DNA of 64,000 bases from assembly GCA_902524345.1 (NCBI GenBank), contig CABZCX010000003.1, positions 39,504 to 103,503 of the forward strand, written 5' to 3'. Positions 19,044-29,473 of the stretch are shown here, in pieces. The translations under genes were made by a program, and so were the position numbers. The number at the start of each line of letters is the position of its first letter. The stretch's first letter is position 1. The stretch comes from an uncultured Pelagibacteraceae bacterium (GTDB taxonomy: Bacteria; Pseudomonadota; Alphaproteobacteria; Pelagibacterales; Pelagibacteraceae). The notes under the pieces were generated by a model. That model was not told the origin of the DNA. It was given only the letters and a program-made list of their open reading frames with translations, and made no database searches.

Positions 19044-19937
19044 ATGAATAACAGCGTTTATATATTAAAAGACAGATCCATACTCTACGTTAATGGACCA
19101 GATGCTAAAAATTTTCTTCAAAATTTAATTAGTAATGACATCAATAAAGTAAATGATAGTTCTAGTTGTTTTGCCTCTTTATTAACACCTCAGGGCAAAT
19201 TTCTTTATGAATTTATAATTGTAAAACATAAATTAGGTTTTTTTATTGATTGTGAAAAATTACAATCAGAAGCGATATTTAAACAGTTGAACATGTATAA
19301 ACTTAGATCAAAAGTTGAAATATTAGATTTGAGTAATGAATTTGTTGTAGCAAGTTTTAGTTACGAAAAATATTTGTCAATTGAAGGGTCAAAAGACATA
19401 TTGGGTTTTACTTTTAAATATAGGGAAGATCCTATCATTCTAGATCCTCGGAATAAAAATTTAGGTGCACGCTTAATAATCAACTTGGAAAAACTTTACT
19501 TATCATTAAAAAAACTTGATTTAAAAGATGATAACATCGAAAAATACTACGCTCAAAGTCACAAATTAGGAGTTGTTCCGAAATATTTGAATAAGCTACA
19601 AAATAAATTATTTGGTATTGAATGTAATTATGCTGAACTAAATGGAATTGATTTTAAAAAAGGATGTTTTGTAGGTCAGGAAAATACAGCAAGAATAAAT
19701 TTAAAAAACAAACTATCAAAAAGATTATTGCCTATTGAAATAATTGAGGGAAATTTATCAGAAGATGAAAAAGTTTTTAATAATGATGTAGAGATTGGTA
19801 AAGTATTAATTAATGACAATTACCCTTTTGCCCTAATAAAGTTTTTAGATAAAAATTTTGACAAAAATCAAGTATTTAAAAGTAAAAATGGAACTTTTAA
19901 AATTTTGGTGCCTGAGTGGCTAAATATTAATAATTAA
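19044..19937 (+). CDS. ygfZ: Folate-binding protein YgfZ
   Basis: KGCFVGQE signature, LLTPQGK; ATG at 19044 preferred over track start 18981. Confidence 0.92.
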   Translation: MNNSVYILKDRSILYVNGPDAKNFLQNLISNDINKVNDSSSCFASLLTPQGKFLYEFIIVKHKLGFFIDCEKLQSEAIFKQLNMYKLRSKVEILDLSNEFVVASFSYEKYLSIEGSKDILGFTFKYREDPIILDPRNKNLGARLIINLEKLYLSLKKLDLKDDNIEKYYAQSHKLGVVPKYLNKLQNKLFGIECNYAELNGIDFKKGCFVGQENTARINLKNKLSKRLLPIEIIEGNLSEDEKVFNNDVEIGKVLINDNYPFALIKFLDKNFDKNQVFKSKNGTFKILVPEWLNINN

Positions 19938-22054
19938 TTTTTATTTGATAGTTTAATAAATAATCCATAATCAGGATCTTTATTGAAGAGTTCATAGTGA
20001 CTATCTAAATTAATTTGAAAATTATCTAATTCTTTATTGTGAGATAGTTTCGCTAAAGAGTCTTGAAATGTCATTGAGTAAAGTGATCTTTGTGAATTTT
20101 TATAATCAAGCGCTATCACAAAATTATCATTTTTACTGTCTTTAGCCTGATCCCTAGTATATTTTGTCATTAAAGTTAAACCGTTATTAGAAATTAAATC
20201 AAATCCAATTCCACCAATTATATTATGTGTAGCATTATTTATATTTTTAAAAGTATAAGCACTACCATCTGACTCGTATGAAAATTTTTGCTGAGATGAC
20301 GGACTCATATCAGCATAATATTCAAAATCAAAATATGGTATCAAACTTCCAACTTTTAATTCATAAGTATTGTCCAAACTTGCACCTATTGAGGAAGTAA
20401 AATTTCCAATATATTGATCTTCAAATTTTAAATTCAATCCAGCTGCTCCTGTTTCTGTATATTCACCAAAATGTGTTATCCCATAATTTATTTTTATTTT
20501 TGGAGTAAAATTCAATTTATTTTTTGAAAAAGTATCTCTTAAACTTAAGGATCCATATAATTGCTCACCATATCTTTCGCCGTCAGTTGATGTTGAACCG
20601 CTATTATTTAATAAGTCAGAATTTATAAAACTCAAACCTAATAAGTGATCAGTAAATCGATCTCCTCCTTTTGGTTTACTTTCATAAAAAGTCAAACTAA
20701 ATGAACTCATATCAAGCGCACTTCCAAGATCTCCCACATCAACATCGTCACTACCAAATCTTATTGCAATCCCACGCATAATATTATCTTCACTTCTTTT
20801 ATCAGCTCCAAAAGTGATTGCTGAAGTATTAATATCTTTTGAGGAAGAATTAGAAGTATCTCCAATTTTACCAATACTAATTGTACCTTCGCTCCAAAAA
20901 GACCAGCTAGAATTTTGATTTAAATCGGAGGAATTATTATTAGAAAAATAAAGAGGAATTAATTCCTCTGTGAGAGAATTTAAAATTTCATTATTAAATT
21001 GGAACTTAATATTCTGGTTTGTTAAATTTAATCTATTGCTGTTACGTCTTAACCATTCCATACGATTTAATACTGGAAAGGTTGTATGTTGAATTAACTT
21101 TTTTGCTGCCTCTGATTGGGATTCTGCCGATGCAACATCATCTTTATTTGCTGTTGGATCAATACATTTAACTACCCCGAAACCACATGATAGATTATAT
21201 TCGTGTACATCAGATGATTTATCTGTGTCATAATCCATAATAAACATTTTGGATCCATCAGTGTTAAACGTTATACCCCATACCTGAGTAAGTTCTTCAG
21301 ACGTATTATATGAACCTACATAAGTAACGGTACCAGCTAAATTAAACGGAGTAGATAAAGAATACTCATTTATTGTATCTCCTTCACCAGTTGTTATATA
21401 CATTTTGGATCCATCAGAACTAAATTTTATACCCCGAACATCACCACCATTAGCAATTAAACCACCACCACTTGGTGAAAAATTTTTTACTAAAGTTTCG
21501 TTAGATAAATCATACGGGCTTGAAAGTGAATATTGAAAGACATGCCCATTACTTGCTCTATCAAGGAGATAGATATTTTTACCGTCATTACTAAAAGTTA
21601 TTGCTCTTAAATTTGGAGAGCTATCTAAAGTGAAACTTTTGTTACCTTGGCTTACACAAGTTGAAATATCATAAGCAGTTGTTAATGAGTATATTTCTAC
21701 ATCATCGTCTCCCATGTCAGTTAAAAAAAATTTTGTTCCATCAGAGTTAAATTCGATATTAGTGCCATCTAATGCCTCACCTCCGATATTACAAAAGGAG
21801 TTAGTTAAAAAAGTTGCTTCTGAAATATCAAAAGGAGTACTTAATGTATATTGGATCACTCTATTAGCAGAAAAACCGGCAATGAACATTCTGGTACCAT
21901 CCGGGTTAAAAGTTATACCTGAGGGTGAGTTCTGGCCTTTGTCACTATTTTTTGGAACATCGATATCGTCAACAAATGACGAAACTGCTCCAAAAGCTTT
22001 AAAGCTCGTGAGAAAAAAGATTAATAATAAACTTATAAATTTTAGCAATTTCAC
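19934..22054 (-). CDS. Autotransporter with repetitive beta-propeller-like passenger
   Basis: Signal peptide; five repeats of (G/A)I-x-F-x-x-DG-x-(K/R)-(M/I/F) ... Y-x-L-x-x-(P/A)(F/Y)D; C-terminal barrel (WSFWSEGTISIG...). Confidence 0.8.
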   Translation of the reverse strand: MKLLKFISLLLIFFLTSFKAFGAVSSFVDDIDVPKNSDKGQNSPSGITFNPDGTRMFIAGFSANRVIQYTLSTPFDISEATFLTNSFCNIGGEALDGTNIEFNSDGTKFFLTDMGDDDVEIYSLTTAYDISTCVSQGNKSFTLDSSPNLRAITFSNDGKNIYLLDRASNGHVFQYSLSSPYDLSNETLVKNFSPSGGGLIANGGDVRGIKFSSDGSKMYITTGEGDTINEYSLSTPFNLAGTVTYVGSYNTSEELTQVWGITFNTDGSKMFIMDYDTDKSSDVHEYNLSCGFGVVKCIDPTANKDDVASAESQSEAAKKLIQHTTFPVLNRMEWLRRNSNRLNLTNQNIKFQFNNEILNSLTEELIPLYFSNNNSSDLNQNSSWSFWSEGTISIGKIGDTSNSSSKDINTSAITFGADKRSEDNIMRGIAIRFGSDDVDVGDLGSALDMSSFSLTFYESKPKGGDRFTDHLLGLSFINSDLLNNSGSTSTDGERYGEQLYGSLSLRDTFSKNKLNFTPKIKINYGITHFGEYTETGAAGLNLKFEDQYIGNFTSSIGASLDNTYELKVGSLIPYFDFEYYADMSPSSQQKFSYESDGSAYTFKNINNATHNIIGGIGFDLISNNGLTLMTKYTRDQAKDSKNDNFVIALDYKNSQRSLYSMTFQDSLAKLSHNKELDNFQINLDSHYELFNKDPDYGLFIKLSNKN

Positions 22055-22127
22055 GAGCTATTTTTAAACCAAAAAAATATTTTATGCATCCGAGAATATA
22101 GATGATTGATGTTGAAAAAGTTACATT

Positions 22128-22213
22128 TGGTGCGGCCAGAGAGACTCGAACTCTCATGGACTAGGTCCACACGGCCCTCAACCGTGCCTGTCTACCAATT
22201 TCAGCATGGCCGC
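22128..22213 (-). tRNA. tRNA-Leu(GAG)
   Basis: GCGGCCATG...CACGG-TTGAGGG-CCGTG anticodon arm, long variable arm, GTTCGAGTC, encoded CCA. Confidence 0.97.
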
Positions 22214-22270
22214 AAATATGACCCACATTAAATCAATGACAAGCAGGTTTCAAATTGATAAATTTTTATT

Positions 22271-23260
22271 ATGGAATTTAACCAAGAAGTAAAGCAAGCA
22301 ACTGACCCTATTTACAAAAAAATATCTAAGGTAATGCCTGAAATTGAATGGTCTGTGCACGCGCCTTATATTCACAAAATTAATAAACTTAAAAAAGAAA
22401 AAAATGCAGTTATTCTTGCTCATAACTATCAAACTCCAGAAATTTACCACGGCATAGCAGATTTTTCAGCTGACTCTCTGGCGTTAGCTGTCGAGGCATC
22501 AAAAACTTCTGCAGATATAATTGTAATGGCGGGTGTTCACTTTATGGCTGAAACTGCAAAGTTAATGAGTCCAAATAAAAAAGTTTTGTTACCAGACATG
22601 AAAGCAGGATGCTCATTATCTTCTTCAATTACTGGTAAAGATGTAAGATTACTCAAAGAAAATTATCCAGGTGTACCTGTTGTTTCATACGTAAATACAT
22701 CTGCAGATGTTAAAGCTGAAACAGATGTATGTTGCACATCTGCCAATGCAGTTAAAATTGTAAAATCACTAGGTGTTAAAAAAGTTATTTTTCTTCCTGA
22801 TGATTATTTGGCAAAATATGTTGCTTCACAAACAGACGTTGAAATAATTTCTTGGAAAGGAATTTGTATTGTGCATGATCAGTTTAATGAGAAGGAAATT
22901 ATCAACATTCGAAAAAATAATCCAGGGATAAAAATTATTGCACACCCAGAATGTCCTCCTGAAGTAATTAAAGCAAGTGATTTTGCAGGATCAACATCTG
23001 GCATGATTAATTATGTGAAAGATAACCAGCCTAAAAAAGTAATGATGGTTACTGAATGTTCTATGAGTGATAATATTCAAGTCGAGAATCCAAATGTAGA
23101 GTTTATAAGACCATGCAACATGTGTCCTCATATGAAAAAAATAACTCTACCAAAAATACTTGACTGCTTAGAAAATGAAACTGGTGAAATTATTATGGAT
23201 CAAGAGACAATCGATAAGGCTAGATTGTCTGTAGAAAAAATGGTTGCTATCGGTAGATAA
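22271..23260 (+). CDS. nadA: Quinolinate synthase
   Basis: ILAHNYQ, GVHFMAE, AGCSLS, AHPEC, CNMCPHMK. Confidence 0.97.
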   Translation: MEFNQEVKQATDPIYKKISKVMPEIEWSVHAPYIHKINKLKKEKNAVILAHNYQTPEIYHGIADFSADSLALAVEASKTSADIIVMAGVHFMAETAKLMSPNKKVLLPDMKAGCSLSSSITGKDVRLLKENYPGVPVVSYVNTSADVKAETDVCCTSANAVKIVKSLGVKKVIFLPDDYLAKYVASQTDVEIISWKGICIVHDQFNEKEIINIRKNNPGIKIIAHPECPPEVIKASDFAGSTSGMINYVKDNQPKKVMMVTECSMSDNIQVENPNVEFIRPCNMCPHMKKITLPKILDCLENETGEIIMDQETIDKARLSVEKMVAIGR

Positions 23261-23266
23261 CTTTTT

Positions 23267-24100
23267 GTGTCTCAAATAAAACTAAGTGAAAATTTTATTA
23301 AAAACACTGTCAAGCTCGCACTAAACGAAGATTTATATCCCTCAGGAGATATTACTTCAAGTCTTGTTAAAAATAACAAAATAATCAGAGTAAAATTAAT
23401 AGCTAATGAAGATGCAATAATTGGGGGATTGTTATTTGCAAAAAGTGCATTTTCTCTTATTGATAAAAAAATAAAATTTATTGTAAAAAAAAAAGACGGA
23501 TCTTTTGTAAAAAAAAAGTCACTCGTTGCAATAATTCAAGGTAATGCTCAAAACATATTAATAGCAGAGAGAGTTGCTTTAAATTTTCTATCTCATATTT
23601 CGGGTATTGCAACAAAAACTAATAAGTTTGTGAAACTAGCTGGAAAAAAGTGTAAAATATGTTGTACAAGAAAAACTATTCCAAATTTAAGAGTTATTCA
23701 AAAATATGCTGTCAAATTAGGTGGTGGAACCAATCACAGATTTAATCTTAGTGATGAGTTTCTTATTAAAGATAATCATGTTGCAAGTTCAAATATAAGA
23801 GAATTAGTTTCTTCAGCTATTAAAGATAAAAAAGGAAGAAAAATTACTGTCGAAGTAGATAATCTCAATCAGCTTAAACAAATTATTGGTTTAAAATTTA
23901 ATAGGGTTTTATTTGACAATATGAGTAATAAAAACTTAAAACTTGGAGTGAAACTCACAAAAAAAAATTATGAAACTGAAGCCTCTGGAAACATTAGCCT
24001 TAAAACAATTAGATCTGTTGCGAAAACCGGGGTCAACAGGGTTTCTGTTGGTAGTATAACACACAGCGCTCCAGCTATAGATTTTAAACTTGAATTTTAA
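23267..24100 (+). CDS. nadC: Nicotinate-nucleotide diphosphorylase (carboxylating)
   Basis: GDITS, ERVALNF, TRKT, HRFNLSD..LIKDNH, EASG. Confidence 0.96.
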   Translation: MSQIKLSENFIKNTVKLALNEDLYPSGDITSSLVKNNKIIRVKLIANEDAIIGGLLFAKSAFSLIDKKIKFIVKKKDGSFVKKKSLVAIIQGNAQNILIAERVALNFLSHISGIATKTNKFVKLAGKKCKICCTRKTIPNLRVIQKYAVKLGGGTNHRFNLSDEFLIKDNHVASSNIRELVSSAIKDKKGRKITVEVDNLNQLKQIIGLKFNRVLFDNMSNKNLKLGVKLTKKNYETEASGNISLKTIRSVAKTGVNRVSVGSITHSAPAIDFKLEF

Positions 24101-24468
24101 TTGATAAATTTTTTCAGATTTGGCTTAAAATAATTTGGCCCTTTCATTACTTTGCCATGCTCATTATAAATTGGTTTTCCATTATTATCTAATTTACTCA
24201 TATTTGAGTTTTGAACCTCTTCAAAACACTTATCTAAATTAATACCAAATGCATGACCCGCGCCGTAAGTGACGTAAAGTATATCTGTTAGTGCATCTGC
24301 AACCTCTAATAAATCTTTATTATTCATTGCCTCCGTGAGTTCGTTCAATTCTTCTTTTATTAGGTCCATTCTTAATTTGTTGATTTTATCTGTGCTAAAT
24401 GAGGGTTTATCTTTAACTTCTTGTCCAAAAGTTTTCATGAAAACTCCAACCTTACTAAAATTTGACAT
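24097..24468 (-). CDS. MazG-like nucleoside triphosphate pyrophosphohydrolase (PRA-PH/DR2231 type)
   Basis: EELNEL...EVADALTDILYV, SNMSK, GKVMKGPNY. Confidence 0.85.
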   Translation of the reverse strand: MSNFSKVGVFMKTFGQEVKDKPSFSTDKINKLRMDLIKEELNELTEAMNNKDLLEVADALTDILYVTYGAGHAFGINLDKCFEEVQNSNMSKLDNNGKPIYNEHGKVMKGPNYFKPNLKKFIN

Positions 24469-24534
24469 AATGCTCCTGTAAGTTTTTTAAAAATAATGTA
24501 TATTCATAATAATTTATTAATTACTAATTAATCA

Positions 24535-25923
24535 ATGAAATTAAGAAAAGAATTTGACAGTATAGGATCTATTAATGTTCCTAATGATAAATATTGGGGC
24601 GCATCAACTCAGAGGTCAAAAAAATATTTTGATATTGGTGAATTTTTAGTAAGACCAACACTAATAAAATCGATAGCTATTATAAAGAAAGCAGCTGCAA
24701 TAGTACACGCAAAAGAAAAACAAATTTCACCAAATATTTCAAAAGCAATTATAAAGGCATCAAATGAAATAATTTCAGGAAAATTAGATGATCATTTTCC
24801 ACTAAAAGTTTGGCAAACAGGTTCTGGTACTCAAACAAACATGAATGTAAATGAAGTCATCGCAAACAGAGCTATTGAAATTTTAGGGGGAAAAAAAGGT
24901 TCAAAAAAACCTGTTCACCCTAATGATCATGTTAATAAATCTCAGTCAACTAATGACGTATTTCCAACAGCAATGCACATAGCTATAGCTGTTGAAACGA
25001 GAAAAAAATTATTACCAGCATTAGAACTATTGAATAAAGATTTAAAAAAAAAAGCCTCTAAATTTAGGAAAATAATTAAAGTAGGAAGAACTCACTTACA
25101 AGACGCAACTCCTTTATCATTAGGACAAGAATTTTCTGGCTATCAGTCACAACTACAAGACTGTATCTCAAGAATAAAAAATGCATTAAATGAAATTTAC
25201 TTTTTAGCGCAAGGTGGAACTGCTGTTGGAACAGGTATTAACAGTAAAAAAGGATTTGATAAAAAAATAATCAATCAAATAAAAAAAATTACAAAAATTC
25301 CTTTTAAACCAACGAAAAATAAGTTTGCGGCACTAGCTGCTCATGACGAAATAGTAAATTTTTCAGGAACACTAAACACTACTGCAGTATGTTTAATGAA
25401 GATTGCTAATGATATTAGATTTTTAGGTTCAGGACCAAGAGCAGGGTATGGCGAATTAATTTTACCAACAAATGAACCTGGTTCATCAATAATGCCAGGA
25501 AAAGTAAATCCTACTCAATCAGAAGCAGTAACCATGGTTTGTGTCAAAGTAATTGGCAATCACAATGGTATTACTATGGCTGGATCGCATGGTCACTTTG
25601 AATTAAATGTGTTTAAACCATTAATTGCCCACAATATTTTACAATCAATTGATTTGTTATCTGATAGTTCAAAAAATTTTGCGTTATATTGTGTTAAGGG
25701 CATTAAAGCCGATAAAGTTAAAATAAAAAATTATCTTGAGAATTCTCTAATGCTAGTAACTGCACTTGCCCCAAAAATTGGATATGATAGAGCTGCTAAA
25801 ATTGCTAAATCGGCACTAAAAAACGGAACTACATTAAAGTTCGAAACTTTAAAATCAGGTTTAATAAACGAAAAAGAATACGATAAAATTGTTGATCCAA
25901 AAAAAATGATTTATCCAGCATAA
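24535..25923 (+). CDS. fumC: Class II fumarate hydratase
   Basis: GSSIMPGKVNP signature, WQTGSGTQTNMN, GRTHLQDATP. Confidence 0.98.
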   Translation: MKLRKEFDSIGSINVPNDKYWGASTQRSKKYFDIGEFLVRPTLIKSIAIIKKAAAIVHAKEKQISPNISKAIIKASNEIISGKLDDHFPLKVWQTGSGTQTNMNVNEVIANRAIEILGGKKGSKKPVHPNDHVNKSQSTNDVFPTAMHIAIAVETRKKLLPALELLNKDLKKKASKFRKIIKVGRTHLQDATPLSLGQEFSGYQSQLQDCISRIKNALNEIYFLAQGGTAVGTGINSKKGFDKKIINQIKKITKIPFKPTKNKFAALAAHDEIVNFSGTLNTTAVCLMKIANDIRFLGSGPRAGYGELILPTNEPGSSIMPGKVNPTQSEAVTMVCVKVIGNHNGITMAGSHGHFELNVFKPLIAHNILQSIDLLSDSSKNFALYCVKGIKADKVKIKNYLENSLMLVTALAPKIGYDRAAKIAKSALKNGTTLKFETLKSGLINEKEYDKIVDPKKMIYPA

Positions 25924-27398
25924 CTGCTGAAGAAATTGTTTACGAAATTTTTAAAGGAAATCTTATTAATAAATTTTTTATCAGCTGAATTGAAATTATC
26001 AATAAATTGATTTAATTTTGCATCAGATGTACTATTTATCTTTACATTATCAAAACTAAATTTATTTTTGTAAAAATTATAAACAAAGTCAAATTCTAAT
26101 TTATCTATTTTTTTTCGGTGAATTTTTTTAATTTGAAATGATTTATAAAAATTTTCGATATTTTTTGCATTTATAACAAGTTTACCAATCAAAAGAATTT
26201 CATTTTGATCATAGTTTAATAACCCCTCTTTAAGATTGATCTCAAGGTCATCTTTCCACATTACTCTAGATTTTGAAAAAGTTATGTTTCCCTGATCTAA
26301 ATTTAGCTTTAATTTCAAATCCTTTAAATAATCTATATTGGTAATATTATTTACATTTAAATTAATATTCACATTTAAATTTTCGTTGTTTAAGATTTCT
26401 GATTTAAATATTTCTATAAGAATTGAGTCATTTTTCAAAATATCTTTCGCACTTATTCCATCATAATTGAAAGACGCCTCAAGATAAAAAGGTTTAAAAT
26501 CAAAATATCCATTAAATTTTTTTTTATCAATTGATGAAAAATTTAAGGAATTTTTGTTAATTTCATAAAAAAGAGACTCATCTCTATTAACGAATAACAA
26601 ATCTATTCTACCTTTTTTAATTAAATCCTCATAATTTGTATTACTTTCAATGTTCAATCTTATCTTTTTTGAGTTAAATTTTATGGTAAAATTTTTTTGA
26701 AATTTATTATTTTTAATATCAATTGTATAAGGGATATTAAAAATTTCATTTTTTGAATTTAAAACATTTTCTAAATTATAAGAATCAAAATAAAATTTAC
26801 TATTATTTATTTTGTTTAGGAATAATAACTCTTCATCTAAATTTTTAAAAAAGATATTGCTTTTTTTTAAAATTATCTTGTTATCATTGGGTTCCATTTG
26901 TAATAATCTTTTAAAAAAGAACAGATCATTTTTATTTAAATTAAAATCTGTTTTGTTTAAAACTAAATCGTTAATCTCCAATTTATCTATTAAAAAAAAG
27001 TTTCCGAAATCAATAAATGCCTTAAAATTTTGAACTATAGCTATTTCTCTTTCATTGTTTATAATTGACAAATTTTTACTTGTAAAATGAGGTTTTGGAA
27101 GAAGACCATACCTAATTTTTTCGTTAAATTTTATTTCAATATTGTATTTTTTTAAAATTTGATTCTTTATTTCAACTTGAGCTATATCTTTGTTATATAT
27201 AGTTGGTAGTAAAAAATAACTCAGTGTCAATATAAGCCCTGCTGACAAGATAAAAAAGACTTTATTATTAGTAAGTATATTGTTTTTTTTAGAATAGTTT
27301 TTTAAGAAATTTAACTTGTTAAAATAGTTTTCTAATAAATTGTTTATTGATACAAATCTTTGCTTAAGTTTTTTTGAAATTAAATTTATTTTATTCAT
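25911..27398 (-). CDS. AsmA-family-like envelope protein
   Basis: Single N-terminal TM helix then beta-rich periplasmic region (YGLLPKPHF); family call is loose. ATG at 27398 preferred over TTG at 27413. Confidence 0.55.
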   Translation of the reverse strand: MNKINLISKKLKQRFVSINNLLENYFNKLNFLKNYSKKNNILTNNKVFFILSAGLILTLSYFLLPTIYNKDIAQVEIKNQILKKYNIEIKFNEKIRYGLLPKPHFTSKNLSIINNEREIAIVQNFKAFIDFGNFFLIDKLEINDLVLNKTDFNLNKNDLFFFKRLLQMEPNDNKIILKKSNIFFKNLDEELLFLNKINNSKFYFDSYNLENVLNSKNEIFNIPYTIDIKNNKFQKNFTIKFNSKKIRLNIESNTNYEDLIKKGRIDLLFVNRDESLFYEINKNSLNFSSIDKKKFNGYFDFKPFYLEASFNYDGISAKDILKNDSILIEIFKSEILNNENLNVNINLNVNNITNIDYLKDLKLKLNLDQGNITFSKSRVMWKDDLEINLKEGLLNYDQNEILLIGKLVINAKNIENFYKSFQIKKIHRKKIDKLEFDFVYNFYKNKFSFDNVKINSTSDAKLNQFIDNFNSADKKFINKISFKNFVNNFFSSYAG

Positions 27399-27433
27399 TA
27401 TTTTTCTGATCAACTTATAATAAATTATATTAA

Positions 27434-29473
27434 ATGGTAAACTCTGATTATTTAAAAAATCTAAATAAAGCTCAAAAAGAAGCAGTTACACATCTTGATG
27501 GACCCTTGTTAATTGTTGCTGGCGCTGGATCAGGTAAAACTAAGGTGCTCACAACAAGAATTGCAAATATAATTAGAGAAAAAAAAGCTTTTGCAAATCA
27601 AATCTTAGCAGTTACTTTCACTAACAAAGCAGCCAAAGAAATGCAAATTAGAGTGAGTCAAATTTTAGGCTCCACTGCAGTTGGATTATCTTGGTTAGGT
27701 ACTTTCCATTCAATCTGTGCAAAATTATTAAGAAAACATGCTGCTGCAGCTAATCTAAACTCAAACTTCACAATTATTGATACGGATGACCAGGCCAGAT
27801 TAATCAAAAATATTTGTAAGGCCGAAAATGTGGATGTAAAAAAATTATCACCTAAATATATTTTAGCAATTATTGATAGATGGAAAAATAGAGGATTTTA
27901 TCCCAATGAAGTAATTATTAATAAAAAAGATATCTATGAGAAAACAATTTTACCAATCTATAAAATTTATCAAAAAAAACTTACTGATCTGAATTCTTGT
28001 GATTTTGGTGATTTGATTTTACATTCACTAAAAATTTTAGAAAAAAATCATGATATCAGAGAGTTATATAGAAAAAATTTTAAATATATTTTAGTAGATG
28101 AGTATCAAGATACAAATTTTGTTCAAAGTAAATGGCTTAACCTTCTGGTGGGAAATAATCAAAATATTTGTTGTGTCGGCGATGATGATCAGTCTATTTA
28201 TAGCTGGAGAGGTGCAGAAATCAAAAACTTTTTAGAATTTGATAAAATTTATAAAAACACAAAGGTTATTAGGCTTGAGCAAAATTATAGATCTACGCAA
28301 AATATTTTATCAGTAGCTTCAGATTTAATTTCAAATAATGAAAATCGTGTTGGAAAAACTCTTGAAACAACTATGGAAGATGGCGACCTGGTAAAGTTAA
28401 ATTGTTTTAAAAGTGGTAAGGATGAAGCCACAAATATTTCAGATGAAATAGAAAAAGTAAAAAAAAATTTTTCATTAAATAATATAGCCATACTGGTAAG
28501 AGCAATTTTTCAAACAAGAGAATTTGAGGAAAGATTTTTAAAAATAGGAATGCCCTATAGAATATTAGGTGGAATAAAATTTTATGAAAGAGCTGAAATA
28601 AAAGACTGCGTAGCGTATCTTCGTTTAATTTATCAGGAAAGAGATGATCTTGCTTTTGAGAGAATTGTTAATAATCCAAAAAGATCAGTTGGTGAAACTA
28701 CTCTTAAAGATATACACAGTTTTTCAAAAAAAAATTCTATTTGTTTGGAGATAGCCTCAAAAAAAATGATTGAACAAAATTTAATAAAACCTAAGGCAAA
28801 AATTGGTTTAACAATTTTTTTAGAATTAATAGACAAATGGAGAAATGATCTAAAATTAAAAAAGATTAATCATGTCAAATTACTTCAACTAGTACTAGAT
28901 GAATCAGGTTATTCTGGAATGCTTAAGAATAAAAAGGATTTAGAAAATGAAAATAGACTTGAAAATATCAAAGAACTTTTAAGTGCTATGAAAGAATTTG
29001 ATAATTTAGAAAGTTTTTTAGAACATGTTTCGTTAGCAACCTCAATCGACCAAAATTGGGATGGTGAAAAAGTAAATATGATGACAATGCATGCCGCTAA
29101 GGGTTTAGAGTTTGATGTTGTTTTTTTACCTGGATGGGAAGAGGGTCTTTTTCCCCATCAAAAATCTATTGAGGAAAAAGGACAAAATGGTTTAGAAGAG
29201 GAAAGAAGATTAGCTTATGTTGGTATAACTAGAGCGAAAAAAAAATTAATCATATCGTTTTCAACTAATAGATTTTATCAAGGTGACTGGATTGATAGTA
29301 TGGCATCAAGATTTGTTAATGAACTCCCTGAAAAATTTTTAGAAAAAAACTCTTTTTATGATCAAGATAAAAATGAAATAGAAGATTTTGAATTTAACCA
29401 AGATATAGATTTTGAGGACAATGATAATATAAGAAGTCCTGGTTGGATTAGATATCAAAAAAAACTTAAATGA
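27434..29473 (+). CDS. uvrD: UvrD/PcrA helicase
   Basis: AGAGSGKT, VDEYQDTN, VGDDDQSIY, MTMHAAKGLEF, EEERRLAYVGITRA. Confidence 0.96.
   Translation: MVNSDYLKNLNKAQKEAVTHLDGPLLIVAGAGSGKTKVLTTRIANIIREKKAFANQILAVTFTNKAAKEMQIRVSQILGSTAVGLSWLGTFHSICAKLLRKHAAAANLNSNFTIIDTDDQARLIKNICKAENVDVKKLSPKYILAIIDRWKNRGFYPNEVIINKKDIYEKTILPIYKIYQKKLTDLNSCDFGDLILHSLKILEKNHDIRELYRKNFKYILVDEYQDTNFVQSKWLNLLVGNNQNICCVGDDDQSIYSWRGAEIKNFLEFDKIYKNTKVIRLEQNYRSTQNILSVASDLISNNENRVGKTLETTMEDGDLVKLNCFKSGKDEATNISDEIEKVKKNFSLNNIAILVRAIFQTREFEERFLKIGMPYRILGGIKFYERAEIKDCVAYLRLIYQERDDLAFERIVNNPKRSVGETTLKDIHSFSKKNSICLEIASKKMIEQNLIKPKAKIGLTIFLELIDKWRNDLKLKKINHVKLLQLVLDESGYSGMLKNKKDLENENRLENIKELLSAMKEFDNLESFLEHVSLATSIDQNWDGEKVNMMTMHAAKGLEFDVVFLPGWEEGLFPHQKSIEEKGQNGLEEERRLAYVGITRAKKKLIISFSTNRFYQGDWIDSMASRFVNELPEKFLEKNSFYDQDKNEIEDFEFNQDIDFEDNDNIRSPGWIRYQKKLK

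Noticed and set aside
19934-22128. Autotransporter as a discrete integrated element at tRNA-Leu
   Set aside because: No duplicated tRNA fragment or integrase found; the gene end overlaps ygfZ directly. Kept only as a possible variable slot.
22271-24100. nadA-nadC without nadB as a novel NAD route
   Set aside because: The aspartate oxidase/dehydrogenase may simply be elsewhere in the genome; cannot be judged from this window.
27399-27433. SOS box upstream of uvrD or ligA
   Set aside because: No GAAC/GTTC-N7 repeat seen in these short intergenic regions.
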